A DNA stretch of 64,000 nucleotides from Octopus vulgaris (Eukaryota). The notes under the pieces were generated by a model. It did not search any database. It was not told where the DNA came from and saw only the letters and a list, made by a program, of their open reading frames with translations. Position numbers and translations under genes: made by a program. This document shows, piece after piece, positions 1-13,679 of this stretch. How positions within the stretch are numbered: position 1 is the first letter of the stretch; every line of letters starts with the position of its first letter. Location: contig OX597818.1 of NCBI GenBank assembly GCA_951406725.2, forward strand, positions 11,222,001-11,286,000. Reading direction: 5' to 3'.

Positions 1-975
1 AATGGCTGCTCTCAAATCAGCACCTGTTGCAGGTTTCATAGAGTAGACTTTGTCTTTTAGATATCCCCATAAAAACAAGTGTAGTGGTTTGAGGTCTGGT
101 GAACATGGAGAGTATTCAATGTAACCCCTCGTCCAATCCATCTATTTGGCTAGATCGCGTCATGGGAGGCTCTAACATTACGATGGTAGTGTGGGAGTGC
201 CCTATCTTGCTGAAAATAATGCTCCGCATCTTCAAAGTCTTCTTTAATGCTTGGCATGACAGACTGGTGCAACAATTTCAAGTAAATGGGACCAGTCGCA
301 ATAGCGTCAAAAAGAATGGTCCAGTTAATTCTCTTGATGATGAGCCACCCCACATTGTAACTCCTGGTAAATTAACATGGTGTTCCACCATAACATGCAG
401 ATTCTCAGGTCCCCAGTCGGTGCAATTGTGACAGTTAATTAAACCGTTTAATTTGAATGTGGCCTCATCACTCCATACAATCTTTATTGGAAAGTGAGCA
501 TCTTCTACACAGCATGCCTAATACCATTCACAGTACTGCACTCTTTGATCTGGATCATCATCATTAATAGCATGGACTAATCTTGCAATGTAACTTTTTC
601 ATTGACAACGCTTCAAAATGCGTTGGACAGATGATTTTGAAATACCTACCTCACGACTTCCTTGACAGATTTTGTTGGACTTTGGTGATAAGTTTCCAGC
701 ACTCCTTCTTGCTTTGTTGGGGTTGTCGATGTTCATGGTCTTCTGGAATGCTTCTTGTGGACATTCTGAACAGTTCCATTGGCTTCAAACTTATCTCTAA
801 TTCGAGTGATGGTAAATCGCATTCGTGGATCTGTTTGAAACCCTCTCCTAAACTGTCTTTGCACTTCAACTGCTTTTTCACACTTCCAGTAGCAGTTCAG
901 AATGAATTTCCTTTGTTCAAAGTTTAGTCTGATTGCCATCATTAATTCCAATGGGTTTAATCTAGGAAGAAAAAG
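1..975 (-). mobile_element. Degenerate Tc1/mariner-superfamily transposase (DUF4817-type N-terminal HTH + DDD catalytic domain), frameshifted; continues beyond window start
   Basis: Minus-strand translations give RKFILNCYWKCEKAVEVQRQFRRGF..TITRIRDKFEANGTVQNVHKKHSRRP (733-930), [12 protein letters not shown] (~440-480), [16 protein letters not shown] (~170-225) and SPDLKPLHLFLWGY (~61-110, a degenerate WPPRSPDLTPLDFFLWGY motif). The pieces lie in different frames. Confidence 0.85.
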
Positions 976-999
976 CATCAATTGAGTCATCAGGTGCTA

Positions 1000-1069
1000 A
1001 AGTATGTATACATTTTTTTGTACACCATGTATGTATGTATATGTATTTATATATATATATTACATTATA

Positions 1070-1119
<50 letters not shown>

Positions 1120-1134
1120 CTATCTATCTATCTA

Positions 1135-1172
<38 letters not shown>

Positions 1173-1990
1173 CATACATATGTATACACACATATATCTA
1201 TCTATCTAACTATATATATATCTATATATATATATATATATATATATGCAGACACACTCATACACATCATTGCTCAGTGCTTATTTCCATTCTTTTTTAT
1301 TACGTGTGCCACAAATATATGGATGCATCTATAGAACGTGTGTGTCTGTGTATACATTTATTATGTGTTTGTGTGCAGAATTCCTACACTTTCAATTCCC
1401 GTGCCACCTGACTAATGGATGTTCAGCTGGGCTGTAAATTAAATTTAGTTTTAAAACCTCTTAGTGACTAGTGTCACTAACTTTATAGGCTGTTTTTCAC
1501 CAGCTGTGTGGTTTTTCAACTTTAAAGCTTTTGCTCTTTTGTTAATTAAGCTTCTGCTGTAGTAAAATGTGTGTTTGCCTATGTATATGAATGTGTGTGT
1601 TAGAGTAAGTGTGTGTGTATGTGTGTGCATATGTACTTGTGTGTGTGTGCTTGTGTACATCTACATATCTAAATTCCAATATTTACCTGTCTATCTATTT
1701 ATCCATCTCTCTCTCTCCTTCTCTTTTTCTCTCCCTCTCTTTCTCTCTCTCTCTCTTTTCATGTGTGTGTGTCATCATCTTCATTTATCATCTGTTTTCC
1801 ATTCTAGATGTATAGATATGTATGTATGTATCTACCTATCTATCTATATGTGTGTGCGTATGTGTGTGGATATATGCATGTATATATGTGTATACATAGA
1901 TACCTATATTTATGTGTGCGTGTGGGTACATATTTAGCCATGTTTATATTTTCTTCTACATATGGCTGATTATATGTATGTGTGAATAAG
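1000..1990. repeat. Compound microsatellite tract ((TA)n, (CT)n, (TCTA)n, (TG)n)
   Basis: Simple repeats seen directly; they explain the IYIYIY/CVCV ORFs. Confidence 0.9.
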
Positions 1991-2167
1991 TGCATAAATG
2001 CATATACACACACCAAGATATGTCATGCGCCCTCTGTATGGAGTTTCCTTTCATTGAATTTGTTTGAAGTCTCTTCCTTCATGTTTACTAGAAATTTTAG
2101 ATTTCTCTATTAATTACAAACTGACACACATCCCAACACTTACATATATACAGCATTAACTCCTACA

Positions 2168-2200
<33 letters not shown>

Positions 2201-3411
2201 TCATACTATCATACGGTAATATGTATAGTCAAATCACGAAATGAATATATATTTGCACATATTTCAGTGCAATATCATATAAGTTTATATACACTAACAT
2301 CACTTTCCACAAACCAATGAGGACTATTTGACCTGTTAGAAATAGTAGCCTTTTTTTTTGTTGTTACATTCTACTATTTAAAAATGAAAAAAAAGAAGAA
2401 ATGTCACATTGCTCAATGTTGTCCTTGATACACAATGTTTTAAGAAAAACAAGAACAAGATAGAATGCCTTTGGTATGACTGGAATATCTTTGGTATGTC
2501 TGCTTATTCAGGATTGGTCTGCAGCCAAACTACAAGAACATCCATATCATGAACATCCATTAACACATTTGTGTACAAACACATCACGTGACCACGTGAC
2601 TTACCAGCCTATCAAATGTTGTTACACATCGCTGGTCACAGTGCATTTTGCATTGTTTTAGCCTTCAAATGCTGGTTAGGAGAGCAAGCCAATAAAAACA
2701 CATAATGTGTATAAAAATAAGTAAGTGGATCCTCTGCTAGTTTTAACAATGTGTATTCTAGTTGTCTGATGCACTGAACTACCAACTCATTGTATTAAAG
2801 TGCTGGTTGTTAAGTATTCCACAGATTCAGCCACCCTTAATGCCGTTCTCAGCCAGAAGCATTGCAATAGAGTTGGCCCTTTGGATTATATGTACAGTAT
2901 ATCCAACTCGCTTCCACACACTGTTTCTCTCTGCTTCGGTTATTCCAAAGCTTTGGCAGAAGATATTTACCCAAAATAATAATCAATGAGATCAAACTCT
3001 AAATCTTGTGATTGCAAAGGAAGCGACTCAAACACCTACACACTCATATGCTTATATACACATACATTTGTATCAAGGTGTTGGATCGCCAATATTTAAT
3101 GATGAGGCAACTGCATTGCCTGTTCTTAAATGAACCTATAAATGGTGACCATTTGTCAGATGTGTGTGTATTCCTAATGTAATTCTCAAGCAGAATTAAT
3201 TAGACACAGTGTATGACAAGGCTGTACTCTTTGAATTATGAGGCACAAACCGGCCTTTCAGGCTTTTATTCAATTTCCAGTTGCACTCACAAAATATATG
3301 TTGACCCAATGTTAAAGAATATGACATTTTCCCAAAATGCCATGCAGTGGGATTGAAACCAGAACTTTGTTGTTGCAAAGTGAATGTTCTAATCATTCAC
3401 TTATATTGTAC

Positions 3412-3448
<37 letters not shown>

Positions 3449-3912
3449 CATGTATATAAACACAAACACATGATATCTAACCATGTCACATGATCATGTG
3501 ACTGACCAGACTATCAGATGCTGTTACACATCACTGATCATAATGCGCTTTGCATTATTTTAGCCATCAAATGACAACACCCTGCTGGCAAGGTGCGCAG
3601 GCCAACAAATCCCACTGATCGAGGGGGATTGGAGCAATGTGAAATGAAGTGTTTTGCTCAAGAACATAACACATCATCTGATCTGGGAATTGAACCCACA
3701 ATCTAGCCATCATGAATGCAGCAACCTAATCACTAGGCCACATACTTTCATTTAACCTTGTATAAAACCAAAATGCATAAAAATACTCAGATATGTACTT
3801 AAATATTTAACTGAATCACAAGCATACACCCTCACTCTCTCTTTCAAAATATTTATTGCCATTTATTCTCCTCTGCTCACCCTTATACAATTCTCCTTCA
3901 GTAATAACTAAT

Positions 3913-4365
3913 GAGGGTGGCAAGCTGGCAGAAATGTTAGCACACCAGGTAAAATGCCTAGTGGTATTTCGTCTGGCTTTATGTTCTGAGTTCAAATCCC
4001 ACCAAGGTCGACTTTGCCTTTCATCCTTTTGGGGCTGATCTTATTGAGTGGCACCCTCCCCACAAATTTCGGTTCTTGTGCCTTCAGTGGAAAAGAATGA
4101 TAACTAATGAGGACAGCGAGCTGGCAGAATTGTTAGCATGCCGAGTGAATTGTTTAGCGGTATTTCATATCTTTACATTCTGAGTTAAAATTCGCTGAGG
4201 TCAACTTTGCCTTTCATCCTTTCTGGGTTGATTAAATAAGTACCAGTTATGCACTGGAGGTGGTGGTGGCAGTGGTGGGGTCGATGTAATCAACTTAATC
4301 CCTTTGTCTGTCCTTGTTTGTTCCCTCTATGTTTAGCGCCCTATGGGCAATAAAGAAATAAATAA
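3913..4365 (+). mobile_element. Two adjacent copies of tRNA-derived SINE family B (core GCCTTTCATCCTTTnGGGGTnGATAAAATAAGTACCAG)
   Basis: Head GGCnAGCTGGCAGAA..TTAGCA and B-box-like GAGTTCAAATCC, plus a central core that recurs >20 times in the window. Confidence 0.75.
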
Positions 4366-4589
4366 TAACTAATGTACATTGCACTAACAAGGGGAAACTC
4401 TATGGTTGGAGAGCCTCCAAGAAATTGCAGCTAAATCTGTATTATATCACATTCTATCATTTGGATTATATAGTCCAGAGTAGAGTGTTCCAGGAAAAAT
4501 AAATGGGATGGTTATGGCTGAAGCACTTCTCATCTGTCAAGGCTCTATTTGATCAAGATCAACACAGGGCTAAGCAAAATTGTGGTGCC

Positions 4590-4815
4590 ATTTGCCAGCC
4601 ACTTCTGGCCCCTGTGCTGGTGGCACATAAAAAGCACCTACTACACTCATGGTTGGCGTTAGGAAGGGCATCCAGCTGTGGAAACACTGCCAGATCAGAC
4701 TGGAGCCTGGTGCAGCCTCCTGGCTTCCCAGACCCCGGTCAAACCGTCCAACCCATGCTAGCATGGAAAATGGACGTTAAACGACGATGATGATGATCAT
4801 CATCATCATCGTCAT
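4590..4815 (+). mobile_element. SINE-like family C ending in a (GAT)n tail (..GGCGTTAGGAAGGGCATCCAGC..CCAACCCATGCTAGCATGGAA..GACGTTAAACGATGATG)
   Basis: Near-identical copies at ~11920-12182(+), 14150-14500(-), 25690-25950(+), 31780-32110(-), 46020-46440(-), 47270-47490(-), 54930-55200(+) and 63878-63970(-). Confidence 0.75.
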
Positions 4816-6114
4816 CATATCCACATTCAATTCATTCCATTGTCAGCCTCAACCAACAATTTCTGCAGGCTAAGTTTAATTCAGTCTTCAAGTAGCTCCT
4901 GCAGTTTCTGCTTAGAGCGATGCATATCTGATGTTTTTATTTCACCTAGATTCCAGGAGATCATAAAACAATTTTATGTCTTTTATATCATATTCCTCCC
5001 CTTCCTCCATTATTAGAACCATCATTTATCATCACCACCATCATCACCATCATCATCACTGTCATAATCTCCATTCCTTTCTTCCCCCATGTCATCTTTG
5101 TCAGTAATATTATTCTCAAAAATATTCATTAATATTACTTTATACCAATAAACTATAAATTGTTTTAACTGGAGAAATCATTAGTTACTGATTGATGGTC
5201 AGAATGTGTGTGGAGGGGTGTTGTGAATGTGCCATAACTAGTGGATGGGGTGGGGGCAATCACCAGATAAAACCCCTGCTGTAATTTTTTCATTCTCGCA
5301 TATTTTTGTTTTTGGAACTTGTTTTTTTCCTTTGTGTTTTCTTTATTTTATATTGCTTAAGGTTCTTGGTGCTATAATTGATATAAAGCTATGAAATTCT
5401 TGTTTTATCCTTGGTTCATCCCTGATCAGGCAGACCTTTGGTCAAAGAGGGGCTGTCTATGCTCAATCTTTTATTTTGACTGATTGGCAAAGATTCGCTC
5501 ATTAATATGCTGCAATCCTTCGCTCATTAAGATGCTGCTCACACGACCTCTGCTATATGGTGACCCCTCTAAACTAGCTAGCTGCTTATTTTCAAAGCTT
5601 TTCTTCCACCCATGATCCTGACAGTACTTCAATGCTCAAACACTACATTAACCCTTTAGCATTTAAACTGGCCATATCTGGCCAAAATACACTATCTGCT
5701 TCATGTCCAAACTGGCTATAACTGACCTCTAGCACTTACCCCACAATGTTACTCTGAAAACACATAATCACATCTTTGAAATCTTGAAGCTATGAGATAA
5801 TGTAGGATTAATTCAAACGTTGTGAATTAATGAATGTATTTAACAAAGGAATCTGAATATTGTATAGTGAAATATTTTCTTGGTAACAATCTTCTTGACC
5901 TACATCTTTTTTACAAGCATCAATGATTTAAGATTTACAGGAATTCAAACTGAATGTCAACTGCCTTGATTTTACGAATTTTGGAGGATCATCGAAGGTG
6001 TTCATGATCACTACTCCTCATCCTTCACTGATGATGGCTTCTGTTGTTGCCTCACTCTTATACTCTCTCTTATTCAATAGTTCTTGGTTTTGCATTATTT
6101 GTTTAATTAAATTA

Positions 6115-6610
6115 TACAGTGTATCAGAATTTTTGTCCTTGGGTTGCAACTGTTATTTTCTATTTGCTTACCTCTAGAAAGTATGAAAAATAGCTAATAT
6201 TTCTTTTAGACTTTGCTTTTGTTACATTTATTCAAACCTCAAAGAATCCCTCTCGACACATGGCTATGATACTACCCTACTACTTCTGCTCATTATCAGA
6301 GATGCACATATTGTCAACAACTAAGGGACATGCTCAAGTGATTACGGTCAAACCACCAACAAGCAAATCTGTGATATTGAGCAGAATATTTGCTATAATG
6401 ATATTTCTACTTCAGCAACTCAGCACTGAATCTGTCTGAAATGTAATGGAAAATAGGTCAGTTTTGAAACATTGATGTCAGTGTCACAAAAACAAAGTCC
6501 GAAAGGAATGGTTGTTGTTATCTTTGATTTCTAGATTAGAAGCAAAAAGGAAATAACACTTATTGGCCAAAGACAAAAGAAAATTTTTTAAATGTGTTAC
6601 GCAATGTTAC
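6115..6610 (+). mobile_element. Non-autonomous TIR element (MITE family E)
   Basis: Same sequence as 12817-13244(-) and 61617-62101(+). Those copies show terminal inverted repeats of the form TACACTGTGTAACA/TGTTACnCAGTGTA. Confidence 0.65.
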
Positions 6611-6846
6611 TGTTGTTTTTGATATTATTTTGCTGGTGGTGTTTTCTTGTTTTAGTTAGAACCACAAAGGTTCTGTGATGCCTTGCAGCCAATTTTGGTT
6701 TTTGTCACCAACCTTTGACATAAAGGTTTTATTCTCTCTGCAATTTTCTGGTTGAAATAAAATAATTAAATTTAATCATAGCAGAAAATATGTAATACAA
6801 ATCTCAACATATGACTAATAGTTTTCTCTCTTTTTAATGTTTATAG

Positions 6847-7006
6847 GATCTTATGTTTCCAAATCGAGATTTAGGCCGATTTTCAGTGGATGTAAATGGA
6901 ACATTACACATTCGACAAGTGCGTTTTGAAGACGCTGGCGAGTATACATGTCATGCTTATAATGCAGCTGGCAGTAAAGATAAGAAAGTTCACATTACAG
7001 TTCGAG
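6847..7006 (+). CDS. robo: Robo exon: C-terminal half of Ig domain 4 (DLMFPNRDLGRFSVDVNGTLHIRQVRFEDAGEYTCHAYNAAGSKDKKVHITVR)
   Basis: AG at 6845-6846 after a polypyrimidine tract; I-set Ig motif L-x-I..D-x-G-x-Y-x-C-x-A-x-N-x-x-G; matches ROBO1 Ig4 (RFSVSQTGDLTI..DVGYYIC..NVAGS). Donor is AG|GCAAGT, phase 1. Confidence 0.92.
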
Positions 7007-8204
7007 GCAAGTACAAAATTTTATGCATCTATCAGTATACACATGTCAGTGTGCATGTGTGTGTGTGTGTGTACATGTATTCATATGTGATGGCTGTCCA
7101 TTCATGTCTGTGGAAAGCTATCATTGGCTATTAAAAGAATCCTACTTTGACTGCATCCCTGTAATCTCACTAGCCTCTTACAAGTCTTTTCGTAGACATC
7201 TTACACATACACAAACACATATGATATATGTGTCTGTGTTATATATTCATACACGTATTCTATTTTCATTTAGTTATCCTAGGAGAAGAATTGCAGTGTT
7301 AAGAATTCTTCTTCATGGAACAATGAAGTTAACAGAGCTGTATTTGCACTCAGTTTTGGTAAATATAAAGGATGTCCACACACGAGTGTGTGTGTGTGTG
7401 TGTGTGGTGTAATGGACATAGTGCTGATGGATAAGATGTAGGTGAATGAGGTGATTGAGTGCACTTAGTATAACGTGACATGCTGTTGAGAGGATTCAAG
7501 GTTTAAGTGACAGTGAAGGGATATATAAAACGTTGCATTAATCCCATGAACAGATTTGGAATTACATTACAAATGTTGTATGAAGTGTTAAATCATTATG
7601 TGTCAGGTGCTGAGACATTGAGCTTAAAACCCAATCTCCAACCTTAAATTTGGTTGTTATCATAATCGAGAATTGAATCTGAGTAATCTGAGCAATAATT
7701 TTTCAATTTGAAAAGTGAAATTGTTTAACTCATAGTAATTGGAATGTTAATGAAGTTTAAATGAGAAAAAATTGCTATTCTAAAGAACAATTTTAAAAAT
7801 TCAAAAGTAATTATCTGCGTATAACTAACAGGAAATTGTATAATTAAAACATTTCAAAAGACTTGTAATTTGAACTTAGAATCACATAAATACTCAAATT
7901 TAGTTTGATTTTAAATCTACCCAAGGCAAAGTGGTTTATAGATTCTTCTTGTTTCAGCCAATCTACCTTCTAAAAAAGTAAAAAAACTTCGCCTTATTTT
8001 TCAGTTTTAGTGAATAATTATTGAGTTTTTAAGATATATATTTACCTTATCTAATAAGGTATCAATTAACTAACATGACATCAGAAACTATGTAAATTTT
8101 CATGTCATTACTAATAAACAATGTTTTAAGTAATAAGAATTATACATTTCTTTATGTCTAAATAGGAATTCCTATGCTAACTAACATATCTTTTGTCTAT
8201 CTTT

Positions 8205-8426
8205 TAACTTTTACTTGTTTCAATCATTTGACTGTAGCCATGGCTTTTTAGTCAAACATATTGGCCCTGGAACTTATTTTTTTAAGCCTAGTACTTATTT
8301 TATTGGTCTCTTTTGCTGAACCACTAAGTTGCAGGGACTTAAACACACCAATACCAATGATCAAGCGATGGTGAGGAGCAAATACATACACAATGACACA
8401 CACTCACATAGATATATACATACATG

Positions 8427-8464
<38 letters not shown>

Positions 8465-8622
8465 GCTTCTTTCAGTTTTCATCTACCAAATCCACTCACA
8501 AGGCTTTGGTCAGCCCAAGGATATACTAGAATACACTTGCTCAAGGTGCCACGCAGTGGGACTGAAGCAAAAACTACGTGGTCGGGAAACAAGTTCCTTA
8601 TCATACAGCCATGGTTGCACCT
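8205..8622 (-). mobile_element. tRNA-derived CORE-like SINE family A
   Basis: Reverse complement of the GGCTGTGTGGTAAG..GGTTCAGTCCCACTGCGTGGCACCTTGGGCAAGTGTC..GACTGAAACAAGTAAAA unit seen intact at 18654 and 45289. Confidence 0.8.
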
Positions 8623-9049
8623 ATGTGTCAGATACTTGAAAAACATGTATGCAAATAATCCATTTTAAGAATTATTTTCAGAGGATGATCTGACAGTATT
8701 TACTAAGCTTAATATTGTTGTTTTTTGGAACATACTTCAAAATATCTTGTGAATGTCTTTACAATAGGTTTTCACTGTACTTATTCCGAAATACAAGTGA
8801 TAGAGATTTTTTTTTCAGAAATTAAAACTATATGACTCAGCTCCTCACTTCACTACTGTTCAATACTTCAGTTCACTAAACTGATAAGAATAGGTACCTG
8901 ATCATTATGGAATATTAGAATATTACTTGTGATTAGTTGTATCCTTTCCTGGTATATTTATCGCTATTCTACTGAATATAATCATGAAAGCATATTAGCC
9001 TCATAATTTAGGAGATATTTATGATTGTAATGTAGTTGAGGTTAATCTC

Positions 9050-10750
9050 ATACTAAATTTGTGGCTTTGCAAGAAAGTTAAGAATATTGCTGCAAGCTGG
9101 CTGAATCATTAGAGTATCAGGAAAAATGCCTTGCAGTATTTCTTCTGTCTTTTTGCATTTTGAGTTCAAATATATCTTAATTGGTTTTCCTCTTTTCAAG
9201 GTTGCTTTGATACATTTTTCTATGTCAAGTCTCTCTTTGATTTCTTTGTACTGTCTGTAGTTGTGTTTCCATTTGTTTATCACTTGCAGTATATAACTTG
9301 AGACTTTCCAGATACAAGAGATGTTTGATTGTTTTGCTATAGCATGTGTATCTATATTCTGTTCTGTTTAACATGTCAATTAAAGGTATTAATGCCAGAT
9401 AGAAAAATAGTGGAGCGAGGGAGTTTCCTAAGAATAATCCTCTTCTAATTGGGCATGGGTTTAGTTTCTATAATTTCCTTTCATTGTCTGTAACTGCAGA
9501 ATTGCTTGCAATTTATTCTTGGCTTGTTACCATACTCATGGCTATTGTTTCTATGTGCGGTAAATACTGTCAAAATGCTCTGTCCAGACTTTTCTTTTCC
9601 CTTTGGCAGTTTTCAGTTATGGCTTTATTGATCAATAACTGATGTTCAGAACCAAATGAGCCTTTGCTGCATTCTTCTGTTCTTCTGGAAATAGGTTCTT
9701 CCAGATATCTCTGTGTGTGCATGTGCACACACATACACACCCTCTCTCTCTCTCTCACTCAGTCACTCTCACACACACACAGTTATTATTGCAGTTAAGG
9801 CTTTGTAAGTTGTTGGGAAACATGTTATGAATCTGTAGTTTCATGGGTTTGTGGTTTCTGTAGATTTGTGGATTAAGATGGCTTTTCCTTTCATGAGCCA
9901 TTCAGATGTCTCTGGTTCTGTCAGTACCTCATTAAATTTCTCTGTCAATATTGTTTGTGTTTCTGTTAAAAATTTTAACCATGAATTGGGGACCTTGTCA
10001 TATCCTCATGCCTTCCATTTGTTTATTGTTTGCAGTACCTGGGTTAAGTGCTGTGTTTGTTTTGTTGAATATTTTCCACAGTGATTCCTTCATAGCCCTT
10101 ACTCCTTCCCAAAATTCTCCTCTTGCTGTTGGTGTTGCATTGACTTTTCTTTTATTTTTCCAAGTTCTTTGTAGAATCATTTTGCAGTGGAGTTGAACTG
10201 CTTTTAATTTTTGAATTACACTCAGTCCTAGAGTATGATAATCATGATTTCCTCCTTCAGAATTACCTATTTCTAGATCTACTTCATATTCCTTTTCATT
10301 TATATTATCATTTGTGCGGTTCAGGTTTAGTACTTTTTGGTCATTATTGTGCAGTCCTAGGGCATGGGTTTGCCATGTTTTGTTCTTTGCATTGTTTGTG
10401 TTGCTCATGTTCCATCTTCATATTTTACATTCTCAGTACTTATATCTTTGTTAGGTATTCTGTGATGATTAAATGCATGTTTGTAATGTATTCTTTCTTA
10501 TAAATGTGCTTTCAATTTCTGATATTTTTTTCATTCTGAGAATGTATTTTCTTAAGCTAGCTACTTTGTTGGAGTTCAGCAATATATTCAGATCTGGGTT
10601 ATTTTGCTTCCAAACTTGAATGGAATATACTATTGTGTTTTTGTTTTGTTGGTGGCTAACCACTGGCAAATAAACATATAGGAATAGAAACATATTCTTC
10701 TTGTGCCTATCTATATTCCTTTTTTTTTTCTGTTTTATTTGAAAGACTTG
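9050..10750 (-). mobile_element. Highly decayed non-LTR retrotransposon ORF remnant, R4/Dong-like (RLE clade) RT region
   Basis: Broken minus-strand translations: EHQLLINKAITENCQR..AFDS (~9560-9700), L-A-P-L-F-F-Y-L-A-L-I-P-L (~9380-9430), KHLLYLESLKLYTASDKQMETQLQTV (degenerate YMDDLKLY, ~9250-9330), IEKCIKATLKRGK, and N-terminal WKQNNP..NKVASLRKYILR. These recall R4/Dong-type ORFs. Confidence 0.6.
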
Positions 10751-11588
10751 AGGAGTAACATTTGGCCCAATATTTAAATTGTCATCATTTTTGTAAGGAA
10801 CTTTGTCATTATTTTCGTAGGGAACTGCTTGGTACTTTCTGTGTAATATTTTCAAAGTATGCACTTTCCAATTATTATCTATGGGCTGAATGATACAGAT
10901 ATTATTATTTTTCAATTCTTGAGTTTGCTGGTGGAATGTGGAGACACTCTGTTGTTGATGTGAGTTGTAATTCTGGTGATCATGTTTACACATGCTGTGA
11001 AAATGTTGGATATTGTAAACATTTATAATGTGTGACAAACAGATATAAATTTTTATGAGTATTACTTAATCAGTGTTGTTCCAACATTTCACAATTGGTT
11101 TTATGGCTTCATTTGTTTTTTCTTTTTTTTTCTATCTCTGATGTCATTGGGTAATTCTTGTAGCAATATTTTAGCATTTTTCATGTTACATGTCACCTGA
11201 TGTATTATCATCATCATCATCATCATCATCATCAGTGAAATGAAAGAATTGTTAAGTATCCGATAAAATACCTTGCAGAATTTATTTACTGTTCTTTATG
11301 TTCTGTGTTCAAATCCCTTTAGGGGTCAGTAAAATAAAGTATTTGGCTCACTTTAAAGATTAACCATCTGCTCCCAAAAATCTAGGCTTTGTGCCCATGT
11401 TAGATGTAATTACAAATTTCAGTCATTGTGGTGTAATTGTAAATTCAGTGTGAATGAAACTACTCTACACCTGGAAACTAATTTTCCAAGTATAACCAGT
11501 TTATTTTTAGTCTGTAACATTATGAATCCTGCCTCCATCTTTACTCTTCTCTTTTACGATAATAATCTTTTACAATGTTTGATTGCAG

Positions 11589-11807
11589 AACTTGATCCTG
11601 AAATCCCCGATGATGATATGCGTCCACCTCCTATTATTAACATGGGCCCGCAAAATCAGACATTGCAGGCAAAGACGGATGCTGTATTGCCTTGTCAGGC
11701 ACACGGCGATCCGATGCCTACAATACAATGGCTCCGAAATGGTCGTCCTTTGCAGATGAACAATCCAAGACTCATGTTACTTGGAACTGGATCTCTAAAA
11801 ATATCTG
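11589..11807 (+). CDS. robo: Robo exon: Ig4-Ig5 linker and N-terminal part of Ig5 (ELDPEIPDDDMRPPPIINMGPQNQTLQAKTDAVLPCQAHGDPMPTIQWLRNG..GTGSLKIS)
   Basis: CAG acceptor at 11586-11588; donor G|GTAAGA; phase 1-1. The RPPP-I-x-x-GP-x-NQT motif is characteristic of Robo Ig5. Confidence 0.95.
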
Positions 11808-12816
11808 GTAAGAGTGAAATAGTTTCATCCCATTCTTTAAAAAAACATGCTACTTGTTCTTTTGTTCATTATTATTTTACATATATTTGTACTCAAGAAG
11901 TTCTGTCCTCTACAATGTTCCATGTTAAAAAGTGCTGGTGCCACATAAAGATCACTGGTGCTGGTGCCACATAAAAATCACTAGTGCTGGTGCCACATAA
12001 ATGCACTGGTGCTACATAAAAAGCATCCAAAACACTCTAAAGTGGTTGGTGTTAGGAAGGGTATTCAGCTGTAAAGACAAAACCAAAACAGACTATGGAA
12101 TTTGGTCTAGCCCTTGGCCTTGACAGCTCTTGTGAAAACCATGCCAATTTGGAAAATGGATGTTAAATGTCAACGATGATGGTATACTTATACATGAGTT
12201 ACAAATGATTGTCTTTTTTAGGTGTTACAAATTTTCTGTTTATTGGGTGTTAAAGTTGCATAGGATGACAAGCAATTAGCTGAGTTATTAGAGAATCCGA
12301 TAAAATGCTTAGTAATATTTGTTTGGGTTCTTTGTGCTGTGAGTTCAAATCCTGCCAAAATCAACATTGTATTTCATGTATTGGTGGCAGGAGACCAATA
12401 AAGTACCAGTGGATTGGTAAAATTACTTAAGACACTAAAAGCATTGTAACACATCAGCTACTTTTTAAAAATTAAAGAAAAATTAGTACTAATGTTGCTT
12501 TAAAACGGAGATAGACACACACATTGGTTTTACTGCAAAGCAGTACATGTGCACTAGTATGGTGTGTTAAAAATATTTAATTTTTCTAAATATTATCTCG
12601 TTTTTCAACTTATCTCAGAAAATTGCAGTGTGCATACAGATCATGTGATTGAATTGATTGATTCTAGTCTTGTTTGGTACTTATTATTTTGTTTAGCTCC
12701 AGTTCTTTCATAGTCCAGCACACCTGTGAGTAGATAATAATTCTGCCTTAGTTTCTATCAAATGCATTATAATTAGGACAACATTATTTGTATCCTTTTA
12801 ACGAGAGGCTAGAGTA

Positions 12817-13244
12817 TTACACAGTGTAACAAAATTTTAATATTTTTTTTTGTCTTTGGTCAGTTTGGTCAGTAAGTGTTATTTCCTATTTGCTTCTATC
12901 TAGAAATCAAAGGAAATGACTACTATTCCCTTAAAATTTTGCTTTTGTGACCTGGACATCACTGTTTTGAAATTGACCTATTTTCCATTACAAATTCAGA
13001 TGGATTCAGTACTGAAGCAGAAATGTCATTATAGCAAGTATATTCTGCTCAATACCACAGATTTGCTTGTCAGTTGCTTGACCATAGCCACTTGAGCATG
13101 TCTCTTAGTGGCTGACAGTATATGCATCTTTGATCATGAGCAGGAGTAGTGGGGAGCTTTAGCCATTTTTCATACTTTCTAGGGGTAAGCAAATAGGAAA
13201 TAACAGTTACTACCCAGGGACAAAAGCTGTGTTACACAGTGTAA
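12817..13244 (-). mobile_element. MITE family E copy with TIRs
   Basis: TTACACAGTGTAACA at the left end and TGTTACACAGTGTAA at the right end; the interior is the reverse complement of 6115-6610. Confidence 0.7.
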
Positions 13245-13679
13245 TAGAAGAAAAGACTGTTGTTTCATTTCTAGCAAGTCTTAACACAATTATTTAGTAG
13301 ATAAGGTTGTTCTTACTATATTGAAAATAAGGCTATTATGTTTGTTTTAAGTCTCATCTAATGATAGACTAACAATCTGGAGTTAGTTCAAAGGGGTTTA
13401 GTTAAGTCTTTGAGCAGACCACAAAGAGTCAATATAAAAAAAATTATAATTAGTTCACCAAAATACATCTTGGTATACATATACACAGTGGAGTGGTAGA
13501 AACATTGGGCATTGGGCAAAATGCTTTCAAATCCTGTTGAGTTTAACTTTGCCATTCGTCTTCCTTGAGTTCAATAAAATTAAATACTAATTTAGTACTG
13601 AATTTGATGGTATTGATTAACCCCTACTGTCAAACATTGCTGCTCTTCAATTTAAATCGGAGATAATTTCTATATTATT

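Noticed and set aside
1461-1480. Palindrome TTAGTGAC-TAGT-GTCACTAA
   Set aside because: A single 8-bp-arm hairpin is expected by chance in 64 kb of AT-rich DNA.
982-1937. Long ORFs rich in IYIY/CVCV/THTH (also many elsewhere in the track)
   Set aside because: Translations of (TA)n/(TG)n/(CA)n microsatellites; no protein-like signal.
2584-2600. Tandem CACGTG E-boxes
   Set aside because: Part of an interspersed repeat also present, decayed, at ~3485.
7011-7016. GT donor (GTACAA) for the Ig4 exon
   Set aside because: Phase 2, incompatible with the phase-1 start of the next exon; the GC donor at 7007 fits.
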